From Octopus sinensis (Eukaryota), in NCBI RefSeq assembly GCF_006345805.1, contig NC_042999.1, positions 42,470,001-42,534,000 of the forward strand: a stretch of DNA of 64,000 bases, in the 5' to 3' direction. The translations under genes were made by a program, and so were the position numbers. Under the pieces are notes generated by a model. It was not told where the DNA came from. It worked only from the letters and a program-made list of their open reading frames with translations, and did no database searches. Shown here piece by piece: positions 12,862 to 26,290 of this stretch. Position 1 is the stretch's first letter. Each line of letters opens with the position of its first letter.

Positions 12862-14784
12862 ATATATATATATATATATATTTATATATAATATATATAT
12901 ATATATAATATATATTCATTTAGTTATTGATTTATTTTTGAGCAAAACATTTCATTTCACATTGCTCTGAGATCATTTGAATGACTGATGTGTGATACAC
13001 TTGTGCACCTGTACAGGCAATGTCAATTTGATGGAAGGAGAGTGCTTATGTGAATACAAACATTTGATCACTATGAAAAAAAATCTTCTGTGCAGGTTAT
13101 TCAGTAAGAATCATCCAACATTTAACAACAGGAGAGTCCATAACGATATATATAAGGTAAAAAATGGAGTTGTTGGCATTGCATTTAATCCATGGTTTAA
13201 ATTTGTTTCAACAACATATGAGGCTGATAAATCATAAAACATACATGGATATAGAAGAGAGCAATGATATTGTCATATTGATTATAAAATATGTATTATA
13301 TAATGACTGACCCATAGTCATTTAGTCATAATGCTTGTGAACAAATGAATACAATTAGAGAGGGGATGAATATATTTATGTAAGGGTATCCAGATGACCC
13401 AGCAAGAGGTGATGAATTCCTTCAGGGAAGAGGAGTTAATGTTAGAAGTATTGAGGAGGGAATAGATTGACAGTTTAATTTTATTACACTGTATTGTAAT
13501 TTGACTTTCAAACCAACCAACATCATGACCTATTTTTCTCCCCATATTTTTCTCTTTCACATTCCATCCCTCTCCTCTCCTTACCCTCACTGTGACCCAG
13601 ATTATGACTTCACTTTTGATTTTCTATTTTACACTAGACCTGCCATGTAAACAGACATTGTAAATTTGGCATTGTATATATTTTTTTCTTTTTCTCTTGC
13701 ATCTCTTAATCCTTTTTCTTCTTTTTGATAAAGGAAACAAAAAAGAGGGAGTGAGCTTATGTAAATACAGTCATTTTATCACTATATACAAAGAATCCAT
13801 GTGGCTGTTCAGCAAGAAATTGTGGAGTCCATAAAAAATATATAAAGTGAAGAATGGAATTGTTCGAATACCATAATGGTTATCTCCTGAAATATTTGAT
13901 TTACTTTTGTTTCTTCCATTGGCATATTTATTCTCATCATACACTTCTTTCATTGCTGCTTTTCCACTTTATATATCTGTACTAGTCATGTGTCTTCATT
14001 TTTCTGATTCCATATATTATTTGATCGTCTGTCTCTTTGTTGGCTCACAATCTTATGTTATTTATCTTGGTTTATACACACATACACACACACATGTATG
14101 TATAAATTTTAACTTTAAAAATTATCTAAAACCAATCTTTAAAATAAAACAGATTAATACAGATCTAAAGGAATATATGGAAAAGAATTTTGTAAGTGCT
14201 TTTTTGGAAGCCATCAGTTCTTCAAACACAATACATGTATATCAGTGAAAACTATACACATTGGCAAGAGAATTTCCAGTAAACCAATGTTGGCATCCTG
14301 AACCAAAAATTGTTCCATGTTGTATATTCCATCTGAATGCAATAATCAAATGATTGGCCCAGTAGGCCAATGGACACATGTTACTAACATATTACTAAAA
14401 TCAGCACTGGATTTATCATTAAGTAAAATAAGTATATGCTTCGGATATCAAGGGAAGTGGGGTACCACAGAAATGGTAAATGGTTTACAACACAAAAGAA
14501 ATCATTTTAAACTTTTTTAAATAATATTTGAAGTGGTTTATATGATAAGAAATTTAATTTCGAAGTGTTCACAGTGTCATAGTGAGGATCTGATCAAAGA
14601 TTTTGCATTTAAAAAAAGTAAGAGAAAACTTTTGAAATATATATAAAGTAGAAATATACAAAAAAAAGCAACATTATTTTCTATCTTACTGTTAGTTTAG
14701 TTTCATTTTGAAAAAATCGAAATTTATTTCATGGTTTATTATTATTTATATTTTGAATCTGCAGAGAAATGGCTAAAATTTGCC

Positions 14785-15180
14785 GTGTTTGACCTGTTGA
14801 GGCAATTGAAATCAAAATCAAATTCGATGACTTGCATCCGTGCCAGTGGAATGCTAAGAGTATCATACAAGAGAGATCGTTGCCAGAGCAACAAGCTGGC
14901 CTCTGTGCCAATGGCACATAAAGAGACACCATTCAAGCATGATCGTTACCTGCATCGCCTTACTGGCACGTGAAAAAAACATTCAAGCGAGGTCATTGTC
15001 AGTGCTGCTAGACTGGCTCTTGTGCCGGTGGCACATAAAAAAACACCAGCTGTAGAAATTCTGCCAGATCAGATTGGAGTCTGGTGCAGCTATCTGGTTC
15101 ACCAGACCTCAGTCAAATCATCCAACCCATGCTAGCATGGAAAGCAGACATTAAACGATGATGATGATGATGATGATGAT
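14785..15180 (+). mobile_element. RTE LINE 3'-end fragment
   Basis: Starts gacctgttgaggcaa (as at 12080) and ends in (GAT)n. Confidence 0.8.
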
Positions 15181-15913
15181 GTTACATATTTATTATTGCA
15201 TACCTTGATATTGTGTGGACTAAGATCACTGTTAACAGGCCGCTGGTATTTATAGAGTGTTAAACACTTTCGGTATGCAAAATAGGGACTCCTTCATAAA
15301 GTAACTGCTGCATTTGTTGAATATATAAACAGTTTGGCTGCTTGTTTCTCTGGAGACTGTCAGAATGATGTGGACCCTTCTGATGGGAATCCAATAATGT
15401 TTGAAAATTGATTAAAGCTGTTCATTGTTTTTTCAGTCTGTTCATCATTTTTTGCCCTGTTTATGTATATATGCATTTGCTAAGATATGTCAAGCTAAGT
15501 AAAGTCACTGTCTTCCACACATACAGGCTTGCATTTTCAGGTGCTAGTGCACTTAAAAAGCACCTGAATCAGTGCCACTTAAAAAGCACCTATGCTAGTG
15601 CTGCATAAATGCACCCATGCCAGTGGCATGTAAATAAAAGCACCCAACACACTCTGTTAAGTGGTTGGCATTAGGAAGGGCATCCAGCTGTGGAAACCAT
15701 GCTTCAACATACAATTGGAGTCTGACAACTTCTTGTCAAACCATTCAACCCATGCCAGCATAGAAAGCAGATATTAAACGATGAAAATGGTAATGATGAT
15801 GATGGTGATGAGGGCACCATCCTTAGTGCCTTTATGAGTGTTAATCCAGCCCTGACTAAAATGCATGATATTTAGAAAAACAAAAAAAAACTGAGAAACA
15901 ACATATACATTAA

Positions 15914-16133
15914 CCCTTTCATTACTGTATTTATTTTGAGATGTTCTGTGTTTCTTTCAATTACTTTAAATATAACAAAGAATTTAGTAAAATAACTTAG
16001 TTATCATTCAGCTAGTGTTAGGAACATAAATTGTGATTAAAGTTTGGTGGAAGATTTTAATTCAAAACTTATGTAAGCAAGACATTTGTACTCAGAGCCA
16101 GAGCTGGTTTCAGCCAGGTTGGTAACAAAGGGG
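15914..16133. mobile_element. TTAA-flanked piggyBac-like MITE
   Basis: TTAA|CCCTTT...AAGGGG|TTAA, ~220 bp. Same family at 24114-24335, 36953-37154 and 61343-61560, with a partial copy at ~35328. Confidence 0.7.
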
Positions 16134-17015
16134 TTAATAAACTCTTGCAGAATTCATCAAAAAGACCAAAATGGAAACAGAAGTTCAAACAGGATGCTGA
16201 TTCCTTGCAGTTTTGGCATCTTTGATAGCATTTTCTTTCTTCTAAAATTCATGTGGTTCCCTTAGTGGTCGATGATATTGTGAGGGAGGTAATCCTTTCT
16301 TCAGTATTTGGTAGGATTAAAAATTTTAATTTGAAGAAGGAAATTATATGGAAAAAGTAAGTGTAGAATTAGTACTGAGAATTTGACTTTGCCAACACAT
16401 GGTTTCGGATTAAATCCCACAGTGTGGCCCCTTAGGCTAGTGTCTCCTGCTATAGCCCAAGACTAACCGAAGCCTTGTGAGTGAATTTGGTAGGTGGAAA
16501 CTGTGTGAAAGCCTGTTGTGTGTGTGTGTGTATGTGTGTGCATCAGTGTATGTGTGTGCAGTTGTGCATGTGTGTGCATGGCTTTGCATCTATACTTGTC
16601 CCCCACCCCTCCCACCACCACCTAATAACTGTTGTTGGTTTTGTTTATGTCTCTGTAACTTAGCAGTTGAGTAATAGACTAAAAACAACTAAGAAACAGA
16701 CTTAAAAAAAAAAAACCATACAAGGGGCCAGTTTCTTTGACTAACACCCTTCAAGGTGGTGCCCCAACATGGCAGCAGTGCAATGACTGAAACAAAACAG
16801 ATAAATGGTAGAAGATTTTCTTTATGTTTACTTATTTCAAAGTCCTTGAAATTTTTGTAGTGGCTGTGTGCTAAGTAGTTTGCTTACAAACCACATGATT
16901 CTGGGTTCAGTCCCACTCCATGGCACCTTGGGCAAGTGTCTTCTATTATAGCCTCAGGCTGACCAAAGCCTTGCGAGTGGATTTGGTAGATGGAAACTGA
17001 AAGAAGCCCGTCATA

Positions 17016-17064
<49 letters not shown>

Positions 17065-17235
17065 AGGCACAGGAGTGGCTGTGTGGTAAGTAGCTTGCTT
17101 ACCATACCAACCACATGGTCATGGGTTCAGTCCCACTGCGTGGCACCTTGGGCAAATGTCTTCTACTATAATCTGTGAAAGAAGCCTGTCATGTGTACAT
17201 ATATATATTTATATATATATCTGTGGGCAATAAAG

Positions 17236-17318
<83 letters not shown>

Positions 17319-17957
17319 TATATATGCATGTATGTATGTTTATGTTTGTGTGTCTGTGTTTGTCCCCCCACCCAACATCGCTTGGCAACCGATGCTGGTT
17401 TGTTTACGCCTCTGTAACTTAGCAGTTCGGTGAAAGAGACTCATAGAATAAATTCTAGGTTTACAAAGAACAAGTCCTGGGGTCGATTTGTTTGACTAAA
17501 GGCAGTGCCCCAGCATGGCTGCAGTCAAATGACTGAAACAACTAAAAGAAATAAATGAAATAAAAGAAATATATTTGTTTGCTATTTGTCCTGGATCAAT
17601 CCTAATCGAGAGGACATATGATCAAAGATATTCCATTCATGACCATCAAGTCTGACCCTTTTTAGCATTCTTTCTTTCTATTTTGATATTTCACACTACG
17701 GGTGGGTTCTTTTTTAAGATGCTGGAGAGAGAGAGAGAGAGAGAGAGATTTAGTTGCTATTTCTTGCACATTGATCTACCATATGACAGTTTCCTTTTGT
17801 ACGTGAAGTATTTCAAATGTCTACAGCATTTATAAGTTAGAGAGGTTTTTTTTCTTGAATCTTTTTTTTCTTTTTCCTTTTTGCTTGATTTAAATTCTTC
17901 AATCATTTTCAAATCTTAGACACTTTATTCAAAAGACAGAGTATTTTGTGTGCATGA

Positions 17958-17988
<31 letters not shown>

Positions 17989-18416
17989 TGAGAGAGATTT
18001 ACTTTTAACTTGATTCTTATTTCTTATTCTACTGATGAGTGTGTTGTGCCCCATAGCTACAAAATAAAAGTTTAAATTTGATTATGATTTTTTTTATTCA
18101 TTACCAGACACAGATATCATATGTTTACATATATTTCACACAAGCATACATTATGCATATATATACATATACATATGCATATATATATATATATATATAT
18201 ATCTTTCTCTCTTTTCTCTTTTACTTGTTTCAGTCATTTGACTGCGGCCATGTTGGAGCATCGCCTTTAGTCAAGCAAATCGAATCCAGGACTTATTCTT
18301 TGGAACCCTAGTACTTATTCTATCAGTCCCTTTTGCCGAACCGCTAAGTTACGAGGATGTAAACACACCACCATCAGTTGTCAAGCAATGTTGGGGGGAG
18401 AAACACAGACACACAA

Positions 18417-18448
<32 letters not shown>

Positions 18449-18501
18449 ATTGGTGAATTGAAGAAATGGAGCTGAACGCAGATTGAACAGAAATCGTTTT
18501 A

Positions 18502-18590
18502 TTTCATTCTACACGTGTTTCGAAAGGCACAAATTACCAAAATCCGATTGAATAATGGGACCATATTGTGTCTTTCTCTTCAGGAAGAAA
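18502..18590 (-). ncRNA. Type I hammerhead ribozyme, inverted copy
   Basis: Reverse-complement copy in the left arm of the 18441-18873 foldback. Stem I TTTCTTC / GAA(T)GAAA has one bulge. Confidence 0.7.
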
Positions 18591-18723
18591 AAAGGAAATC
18601 CGTTGGAAAAACAAAAACAGAACAGAGGCGGAGCAAAAAACAAATCGAACTGTGCTCCTAAGAGCCCAGATTTGTTTTTTGCTCCGCCTCTGTTCTGTTT
18701 TTGTTTTTCCAACGGATTTCCTT

Positions 18724-18812
18724 TTTTTTCCTGAAGAGAAAGACACAATATGGTCCCATTATTCAATCGGATTTTGGTAATTTGTGCCTTTCGAAACACG
18801 TGTAGAATGAAA
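18724..18812 (+). ncRNA. Type I hammerhead ribozyme with palindromic stem III
   Basis: CTGAAGA (18731-37), stem II GAAAG.CACAA/TTGTG.CTTTC, GAAA (18793-96), stem III ACACGTGT, GTA cleavage triplet (after 18804), stem I TTC/GAA plus extension. Confidence 0.7.
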
Positions 18813-19020
18813 TAAAACGATTTCTGTTCAATCTGCGTTCAGCTCCATTTCTTCAATTCACCAATAATGTTTTAATTTCAATTATCCGCACCAACGCACG
18901 GTTGCAACGCCAGATGGTTGTACCTCCAACCGTGCTGTTTACTGCTGTGATTTTTGCTACTAAGGTATCGGTTAAACTGTTGATTAATCTACTACAAGAT
19001 TATTCATCTTTCTATTTCAC

Positions 19021-19060
<40 letters not shown>

Positions 19061-19061
<1 letters not shown>

Positions 19062-19288
19062 TTTATTTAAAGCAGCAGAAAATTCAACAAAACCTGTTAC
19101 TCTGAGTTCCCGTTGCCGTTCATCGGGCAGTTTTTGCAAAAACTGTCCGATGAACGGCAACGGGAAACTCAGAGTAACGGGTTTTGTTGAATTTTCTGCT
19201 GCTTTAAATAAAGCATATTACTCTACCACTGGTGTTTGAGTACTCTTTTTTCCACCCTGTTTCACATTTATGTGTTTACTCTGGTATA

Positions 19289-19290
<2 letters not shown>
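19061..19290. mobile_element. Spacerless palindrome with variant hammerhead-like core
   Basis: Palindrome 19061-19213 centred on tttttg|caaaaa. Right arm reads AACTGT-CCGATGA-ACG(GCAA)CGG-GAAA-CTC(A)GAG-TA-ACGG. Flanked by (TA)n. Confidence 0.5.
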
Positions 19291-19321
<31 letters not shown>

Positions 19322-20004
19322 CATAAATTGCAGTGCCCCAGCATGGCCACAGCTCATTAGCTGAAACTGGAAAAATCAAAAAAAATATAATATATATGAT
19401 ATGGGCTTCTTTCAGTTTCCGTCTAGCAAATCCACTCACAAGGCTTTGGTTGGCTCGAGGCTATAGTAGAAAACATTTGCCCAAGGTGCCACACATTAGG
19501 AATGAACCCGGAACCATGTGGTTGGTAAGCAAGCTACTTACCACACAGCCACTCCTGCACCTATATATATATATATATACATATATATATGTATATATAT
19601 ATATGTATGTATATATATTTTAAAATCAATATCATTGTCATTTTAACGTCCACTTTTCTGTGCTAGTTTGGATCAGATAGAATTTAAAGTGGTACCGATT
19701 TTCTATGGTTGGATGTCCTTCCTGCTGCCAAACCTCACCTGTTTCCATGCAGTGTAATATCTTCCATGATCAGACAGGCATGCTTCCGTGAAAAATTGGA
19801 AATGAATGACGCCGCTTGTATAACAATGGCACTTGTTTACAACTATCATGCTACGTCAAGATAAGCAGACATCAACACACATGCATATATGCAACCATGT
19901 ATACAGATATACATACATGTGTAAACATATACATACATACACACATGTAACCATGTACACAGACACGCATACATGTATAAATATATACATGCATACATAT
20001 ATCT

Positions 20005-21080
20005 ATCATCATCACCATCATCTTTGAATGTCTGCTTTCCATGCTAGCATGGGTTACACAGCTTGACTGGAACTGGTAAGCCAGAGAGCTGCACCAGGTT
20101 CCAGTCTAATTTGGCATGGTTTCTACAGCTGCATGCCGTTCCTAACATCAGCCACTCCAAGAGTGTAGCGGGTGCTTTTTAACAAGCTACCACCACAGGT
20201 TCTTTTATGTGCCACCAGAACCAGTGCTGGTTATGTGACACTGGCATCATGCACAATTCAATTTCACTCAGCTTGACAAGCCTTCTGAAGCACAGCATAT
20301 CGCCAAAGGTCTCGGTCACTAGTCATCACCTCCATGAAAGCCAACATTCAAAGATCATCCTTCACAACCTCATCAAATGTCTTCTTGAGCCTACTTCTTC
20401 AACAGGTTCCCTCCACAGCTAGAGATCAGCACTTCTTTACACAGCTGTCCACATCCATACACATCACATGACCATACCAGCATATATATATATGATGATG
20501 ATGATGATATATATATTAGGTGGCACGTAAAAAGCACCTACTACACTCGCGGAGTGGTTGGCATTAGGAAGGGCATCCAGCTGTAGAAATACTGCCAGAT
20601 CAGACTGGAGCCTGGTGCAGCCTCCTGGCTTCCCAGACCCCGGTTGAACCGTCCAACCCGTGCTAGCGCGGAAAACGGACGTTAAACGATGATGATGATG
20701 ATGATGATGATGATATACCATCCGAGCGTGATCGTTGCCAGAGCAGCCAATTGGCTTCCATGCCAGTGGCATGTAAAAGGGCACCATTCGTGCGTGATCG
20801 TTACTAAAGTCGCCTTACTGGCACCTGTGCTGGTGGCATGTGTAAAAGGATTCGAGTGAGGTCGTTGCCAGTACCGCCTGACTGGCCCCCGTGCCGGTGG
20901 CATGTAAAAAGCACCCACTACACTCTCGGAGTGGTTGGCGTTAGGAAGGGCATCCAGCTGTAGAAACTTTGCCAGATCAAGATTGGAGCCTGGTGCAGTC
21001 ATCTGGTTCGTCAGCCCTCAGTCAAAATCGTCCAACCCATGCTAGCATGGAAGGCGGACGTTAAACAATGATGATGATGA
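20005..21080. mobile_element. Cluster of three RTE 3' fragments (20005-20484 minus, including ORF C-terminus; 20515-20715 and 20716-21080 plus)
   Basis: The minus copy retains the degenerate WYGHV/RGRPRKTW region. Plus copies end in (GAT)n. Weaker copies also lie at ~2245-2440, 3270-3575, 15590-15810, 21900-22210, 32420-32700, 32780-32900, 39125-39340, 42385-42630 and 61760-61850. Confidence 0.75.
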
Positions 21081-21679
21081 TATATATATATATAAGATTT
21101 ATAAATCTTATGTCAAAACTGTATTGAAATTTTTCAATATGTGCCCCATCTGTATCCCTGCAAATTTCAAATCTATCCTTAGCATTGCAAACACATTTTG
21201 AAGTATTTCAGGAGTTATCTCCTGCACTACTAACTGAATGCTCTCTTTACGTTTAGCTAAACTATTGCTCCATCCTGAGGCTGGGGCTGGAGAAAAAGAT
21301 TGCAGCCAAATTGAAAAAAAAAGCTATTGTGGACAGATAGGTGGGATCCAATAGGAAGGAAAATGAAGTTATAAAAATTATAAAATCATTAAACAATATT
21401 AAAAATTTATACACTTTTAACACATATTAAACATGATAAACATAAATAAAAGTGAGTTTTAAAAAAAATGTCCAATTTCACTGTAATAGATAGTTAATTC
21501 TAGGACACCGTGTATATATCACAAGCTTCAGTTTCCATCAAGGAAATCCATTCACATGGCTTTAGCCTAGATTTAGATTAGATACATTTAGTTAACTTTT
21601 GCTGGTATTGAGTAAATTCCATCAATTACATGTTGGGTTCTGTTTGTCAGGAAACATTAAACCACTGCAATATATATAT

Positions 21680-21840
21680 ATATATATACTGCAGAGGATT
21701 TGACAGACCCTATTGTAGGAGGTTTCCTCCAGCAGAATGCTGTGGTCATCTCTGTTGAAAGCTGTAGTGAAGTCAAGATAAATGACATATGTGTTGGAGC
21801 CCTTTCCCAGAACATTTAAGCAGTTCTCTGCCATCACAAC
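21680..21840 (-). pseudogene. CR1/L2-type RT relic
   Basis: VIYLDFTTAFNRDDHSILL resembles LDFSKAFDKVDHSIL. Confidence 0.45.
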
Positions 21841-22585
21841 AATTATGTTTGTTGAGATCCAGGAAATTATTCCCCTCTAGGAATACATTAATTATTAACA
21901 TCATCATCATTTAGCATCTGCTTTCCCTGCTGGCATGAGTAGGATGGTTTGACTGGAACTGGTAAGCCAGAGAGCTGCACCAAGTTTCTGTCTGATTTGG
22001 TATGGTTTCTATGGCTGGATGCCCTTTCTAATGCCAACCACTCCAAGAGTGTAATGGGTGCTTTTTATGTGCCACCAGTACAGGTGTTTTTATGAACCAC
22101 TGGCACGGGTGCCAGTCATATAACACTGGCATTGGTCACGACTATGATTTTACTTGGCTTGATGAGTTTTCTCAAGCACAGCATATCGCCAAAGGTCTTG
22201 GTCACTTGTCATTACCAATATGAGCAATTTGGAAGATTGGATGGTAATTACTGCAAGTGACTTGTTTACGACAAGTGGCCGGTTCCTCTTTTTATAAACT
22301 GGGATGACAAATTAAGGGTAGAAAATTTTCTAGTATAAAACCTAAGACCAGTGATTTCCTTCAGAGATTACCTTGATAAAATGCAACTTAATGTCTGCAC
22401 TCCTTCAGGACACTACCATGAAAGTTATCAGGTGTGGATCTTTACTCTCTTTTACTCTTTTACTTGTTTCAGTCATTTGACTGTGGCCATGCTGGAGCAC
22501 TGTCTTTAGTCAAGCAAATTAACCCCGGGACTTATTCTTTGTAGATGCAATCCCATGGGCACTCATGACTGAAGGAGGTCTTTAT

Positions 22586-22628
<43 letters not shown>

Positions 22629-22666
22629 GTATATATGTATATATGTATGTGTATATATATATATAT

Positions 22667-22697
<31 letters not shown>

Positions 22698-24113
22698 AAC
22701 ATATATATATACATATATATATATACACACACACACACATACACACACACATATATATTGAGATGGATTGAATGTTATAAAGATTTTTTCCCCTCTGTGT
22801 TTTTTTCTGATGTAGCTGACTTCAAAATATTTAGCATAACAACCACTCCTCTTTTAGGCACCAAATATATTTTTTTATTCTGGTTTAAATTGATGTTGTT
22901 CAAGTTCCATATAACTGTTTAGTTCTTGTTTTTCTATTTTATTTTCTTGTTTTGTTTTACTTTTTTTTTACTTTATTTTGCTTTCCATTTTATATATTTG
23001 TTCCTAGAGAGCTTCTTGTTTTTGCTTTCTCTCTCTCTCTCTCTAATTCTTTGATAGCCGAAAATTTAAAAGTTGTAAAATTTTTTTTCAAAATGATAAT
23101 AAAAGTTAATGTACCATGTTGATGAAAAAAAAAAAACGAAATAAAGAGAAGATATTTTGCAGTTGATGGTATTTTATAGCTATTATTTACCAATTTAATG
23201 TCTTTTCCATTCATATTGATGCCGTTGTTGTTGTTGTTGTTGTTGTTCTTTCCCCAGTTTAATATCCTTTTAACTGTTGTTACTCTGGTTGTTCTTGCTG
23301 TTGTCATTGGTATCCGTGAGATTTTTCTTTTCCTTTTTCTATTTTTTTTTCTATTTTTTTTTTTCCATTTTTTTTTTTAACAACATCCTTCCTAAAGCTT
23401 TCATCCAGACATGCCAGAAGGCAGCTTACAGATAATTTAAAATTCAAAGATTAAAATTTAACAGCTGCATCGGCAGGGGAATATAAGTAGAGTTAAATGG
23501 ACAAATAAAATGGCTGCAGTCTTCGAGAGGCTGACATAATCGACAGTACTAAATCGATGGCTTCTTAGTTGATAAAATATTTACAACCAACTAATTCCCT
23601 TGGCAAAGCAGCAAAGATGAATCTACACAGTTAATGGCACTAAGACAAACTATACTACAGAATTCTCCTTGAAACAATAGTGGAAGAGATTTCCAAAGTA
23701 GTCAGCAGTCTGAAAACTAAGCAGCCAAAAGAATGAACAAATGTCTTTAGTTCATAAAAAAAAAGCAAAAATAAAAAAATCGATAAATAAATGAATAAAT
23801 AATAAATAAATATAAAAACTACAAACAAACAGGTAATAACCATAAAAATTTGTTTCTAACACAGGCACAAGGCCAGAAATTTGAAACACAAGGTTAGTTG
23901 ATTGTTGCATTTTTTGGTATAGAAATTGATGTAGTTTATAGGAGAATATTTAGGGTAAGCTTTCAAATGTTATCACTGTCTTCCTAAATCCTGTTGCCTT
24001 TCTTCTGGAATTTTTCATTGTCCAAAGTTGTCTGGGTGGGCGCATATATAATTATTTTATTCTTTTACTTGATTCAGCCATGTGACTGCGGTCATGCTGC
24101 AGCACTGCCATAA

Positions 24114-24335
24114 CCCTTTCGTTACCAACCTGGCTGAAACTGCCTCTGGCTCTGTAGTACAAATGTCTTGTTTCCATAAGTTTTCAATTAAAATCTTCCA
24201 CCAAACCTTAGTCACAGTTTATGTTCCTAACCTTTAGCTTAATGATAACTAAGTTATTTTACTAAATTCTTTCTTATATTTAAAGTAATTGAAAGAAACA
24301 CAGAGCATGTCAAAATAAATACAGTAACGAATGGG
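24114..24335. mobile_element. piggyBac-like MITE nested in a SINE tail
   Basis: Same family in the opposite orientation. It interrupts the SINE 3' segment (24055-24110 / 24340-24480). Confidence 0.7.
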
Positions 24336-24483
24336 TTAAAGGGTTTTTTAGTCAATGAAATTGACTCCAGGACTTATTCTTCATAAGCCTAGTACTTATT
24401 CTATCAGTCTCTTTTACCGGACTGCTGATTTATGGTGATGTAAACACTCCAACATCAGTGGGGGACAAGCATAGACATATACT

Positions 24484-24823
24484 CTGAGACCCCCTTTGGT
24501 CACGATACGGACCATGGTATTGCACTTAGAAAGTTACCCTCCCAGGCACAAGTCCAGGCAAGGTTGTTTATGGGAGACCAGCAGTCGCCCATGCATACTG
24601 GCCTGCCCTCTCCACGCCACCAGTGTTATCCAAGGGTAAGGCAAAGGCCGATACAGCTTGGCACCTGTGACATCGCAACTCATTTCTACAACTGAGTGAA
24701 CTGAAGCAATGTGAAATAAAGTGTCTTGCTCAAGAACACGACACACAGCCTGGTCTGGGATTCGAGCTCACAACCTCACGAGCATAAGCTCGATGCTCTA
24801 ACCACTGAGCCATGCGCCTTCAC
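24484..24823 (-). mobile_element. Third tRNA-derived SINE family
   Basis: Head GTGAAGGCGCATGGCTCAGTGGTTAGAGCATCG, B-box CGAATCCC, and TTGAGCAAGACACTT core. Related heads at ~36605-36800, 35257 and 36861. Confidence 0.65.
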
Positions 24824-25194
24824 ATAGACATATAGACACTCTTTTACTCTTTTACTTGTTTCAGTCATGTGACTGTGGCCATGCTGGAGCACCACCTTTA
24901 AAATATATGCACATAAATATACGCACATAAATATATACAAATAAATATATAGGACAGGCTTCTTTCAGTTTCCATCTACCAAATCCACTCACAAGGCATT
25001 GATTGGCCTGAGGCTAAAGAAGAAGACACTTTCTGAAGGTGCCATGCAGTGGGACTGAATCCAGAATCATGTGGTTGGGAAGCAAGCTTCTTATCACACA
25101 GCCACACTTGCATCTGTAAGTCTGTGCTTTTTTGGCTGTAAATTTTGGTCTGAAAAATTCAACTTGTATGCAGGAAAAAATATGCTATCTTTAC

Positions 25195-26087
25195 TGTTTA
25201 TTTTTTACTTGTTTCAGTCATTAGATTGTGGCCATGCTGGGGCACTGCCTTCAAGAATTTTAGTTGAGTAAATCAACCACAGTACTTATTCCTTTGTTAA
25301 GTCTAGTACTTATTTATTTGGTCTCTTTTGCAGAACTGCTAAGTTATGGGGATGTAAACACACCAACACCGGTTGTCAAGCAGTGGGGGGGGGGGGGGCA
25401 AACACAGACACAAAGATGCACACACATAGATATATATACAACAGGCTTCTTTCAGTTTTCATCAACCAAATTCACTTACAAGGCTTTGGTCGGCCCGAGG
25501 CTATAGTAGAAGTCACTTGCCTATGGTGCCACACAGTGGGACTGAACAGGGAACCATGTGATTGGGAAGCAAGCTACTTACCACACAGCCACTCCTGCAC
25601 CTATCAAATTTAGTTTCACTGTGGGTGAAATAAGAATGTAAATTCTGGCATTGAAAGCCCTTCTTCTGAATCCATTACAATGCTGGGAACCCTTCCTTAT
25701 CATCAGCAGGTGTCTCAGAGTCATGCATTTCACTAATTAATTGTACACTTTGCTTGAGCAGGTTAGTGAGAACTGAATAAGCCTTTACTTGTGGAAGGGT
25801 TCCAACTGCAATCTCTTGCACATCGCAGCTGCCTTGAGCTGGTTTCTGCTGTCATGCCTATCTCCTTATCTTTTTTCTTTTTTTTTTTTCCTTTTTACTT
25901 GTTTCAGTCATTTGACTGCAGCCATGCTGGAGCACCACCTTTAGTCGAGCAAATCGACACCAGAGCTTATTCTGTGTAAGCCTAGTATTTATTCCATCTC
26001 TCTCTTTTGCTGAACCGCTAGGTCACGGGGATGTAAACACACCAGCATCGGTTGTCAAGGGATGATGGGGGGACAAACACGGACACA

Positions 26088-26127
<40 letters not shown>

Positions 26128-26290
26128 CATATACGATGGGTTTCTTCCAGTTTCGTCTACCAGATCCACTCACAAGGCTTTGGTCAGCCCGAGGTTATAG
26201 TTGAAGACACTTGCCCAAGGTGCCACACAGTGAGACTGAACCCATGACCATGTGGTTGATAAGCAAGCTACTGACCACACAGCCACTCTT
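25195..26290 (-). mobile_element. Two full tRNA/CORE SINE copies (25195-25598 and 25885-26290)
   Basis: Reverse-complement copies. Other complete or partial copies lie at ~2455-3000, 6190-6355, 9995-10275, 16390-17560, 18205-18420, 19400-19560, 24835-25100, 35840-36240, 43750-43990, 47440-47630, 57968-58235, 58500-58740, 59170-59790 and 60040-60195. Confidence 0.75.

Larger units (their letters stand above)
18441..19020. mobile_element. Penelope-like terminal-repeat remnant with inverted 5' duplication
   Basis: Near-perfect inverted arms 18441-18646 and 18669-18873 with a 22-nt spacer, unique continuation to ~19020, (TA)n on both sides, and a hammerhead in each arm. Confidence 0.65.

Noticed and set aside
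13020-14520. Short ORFs possibly from a decayed DNA transposase
   Set aside because: No recognisable catalytic motif or terminal repeats could be supported by eye.
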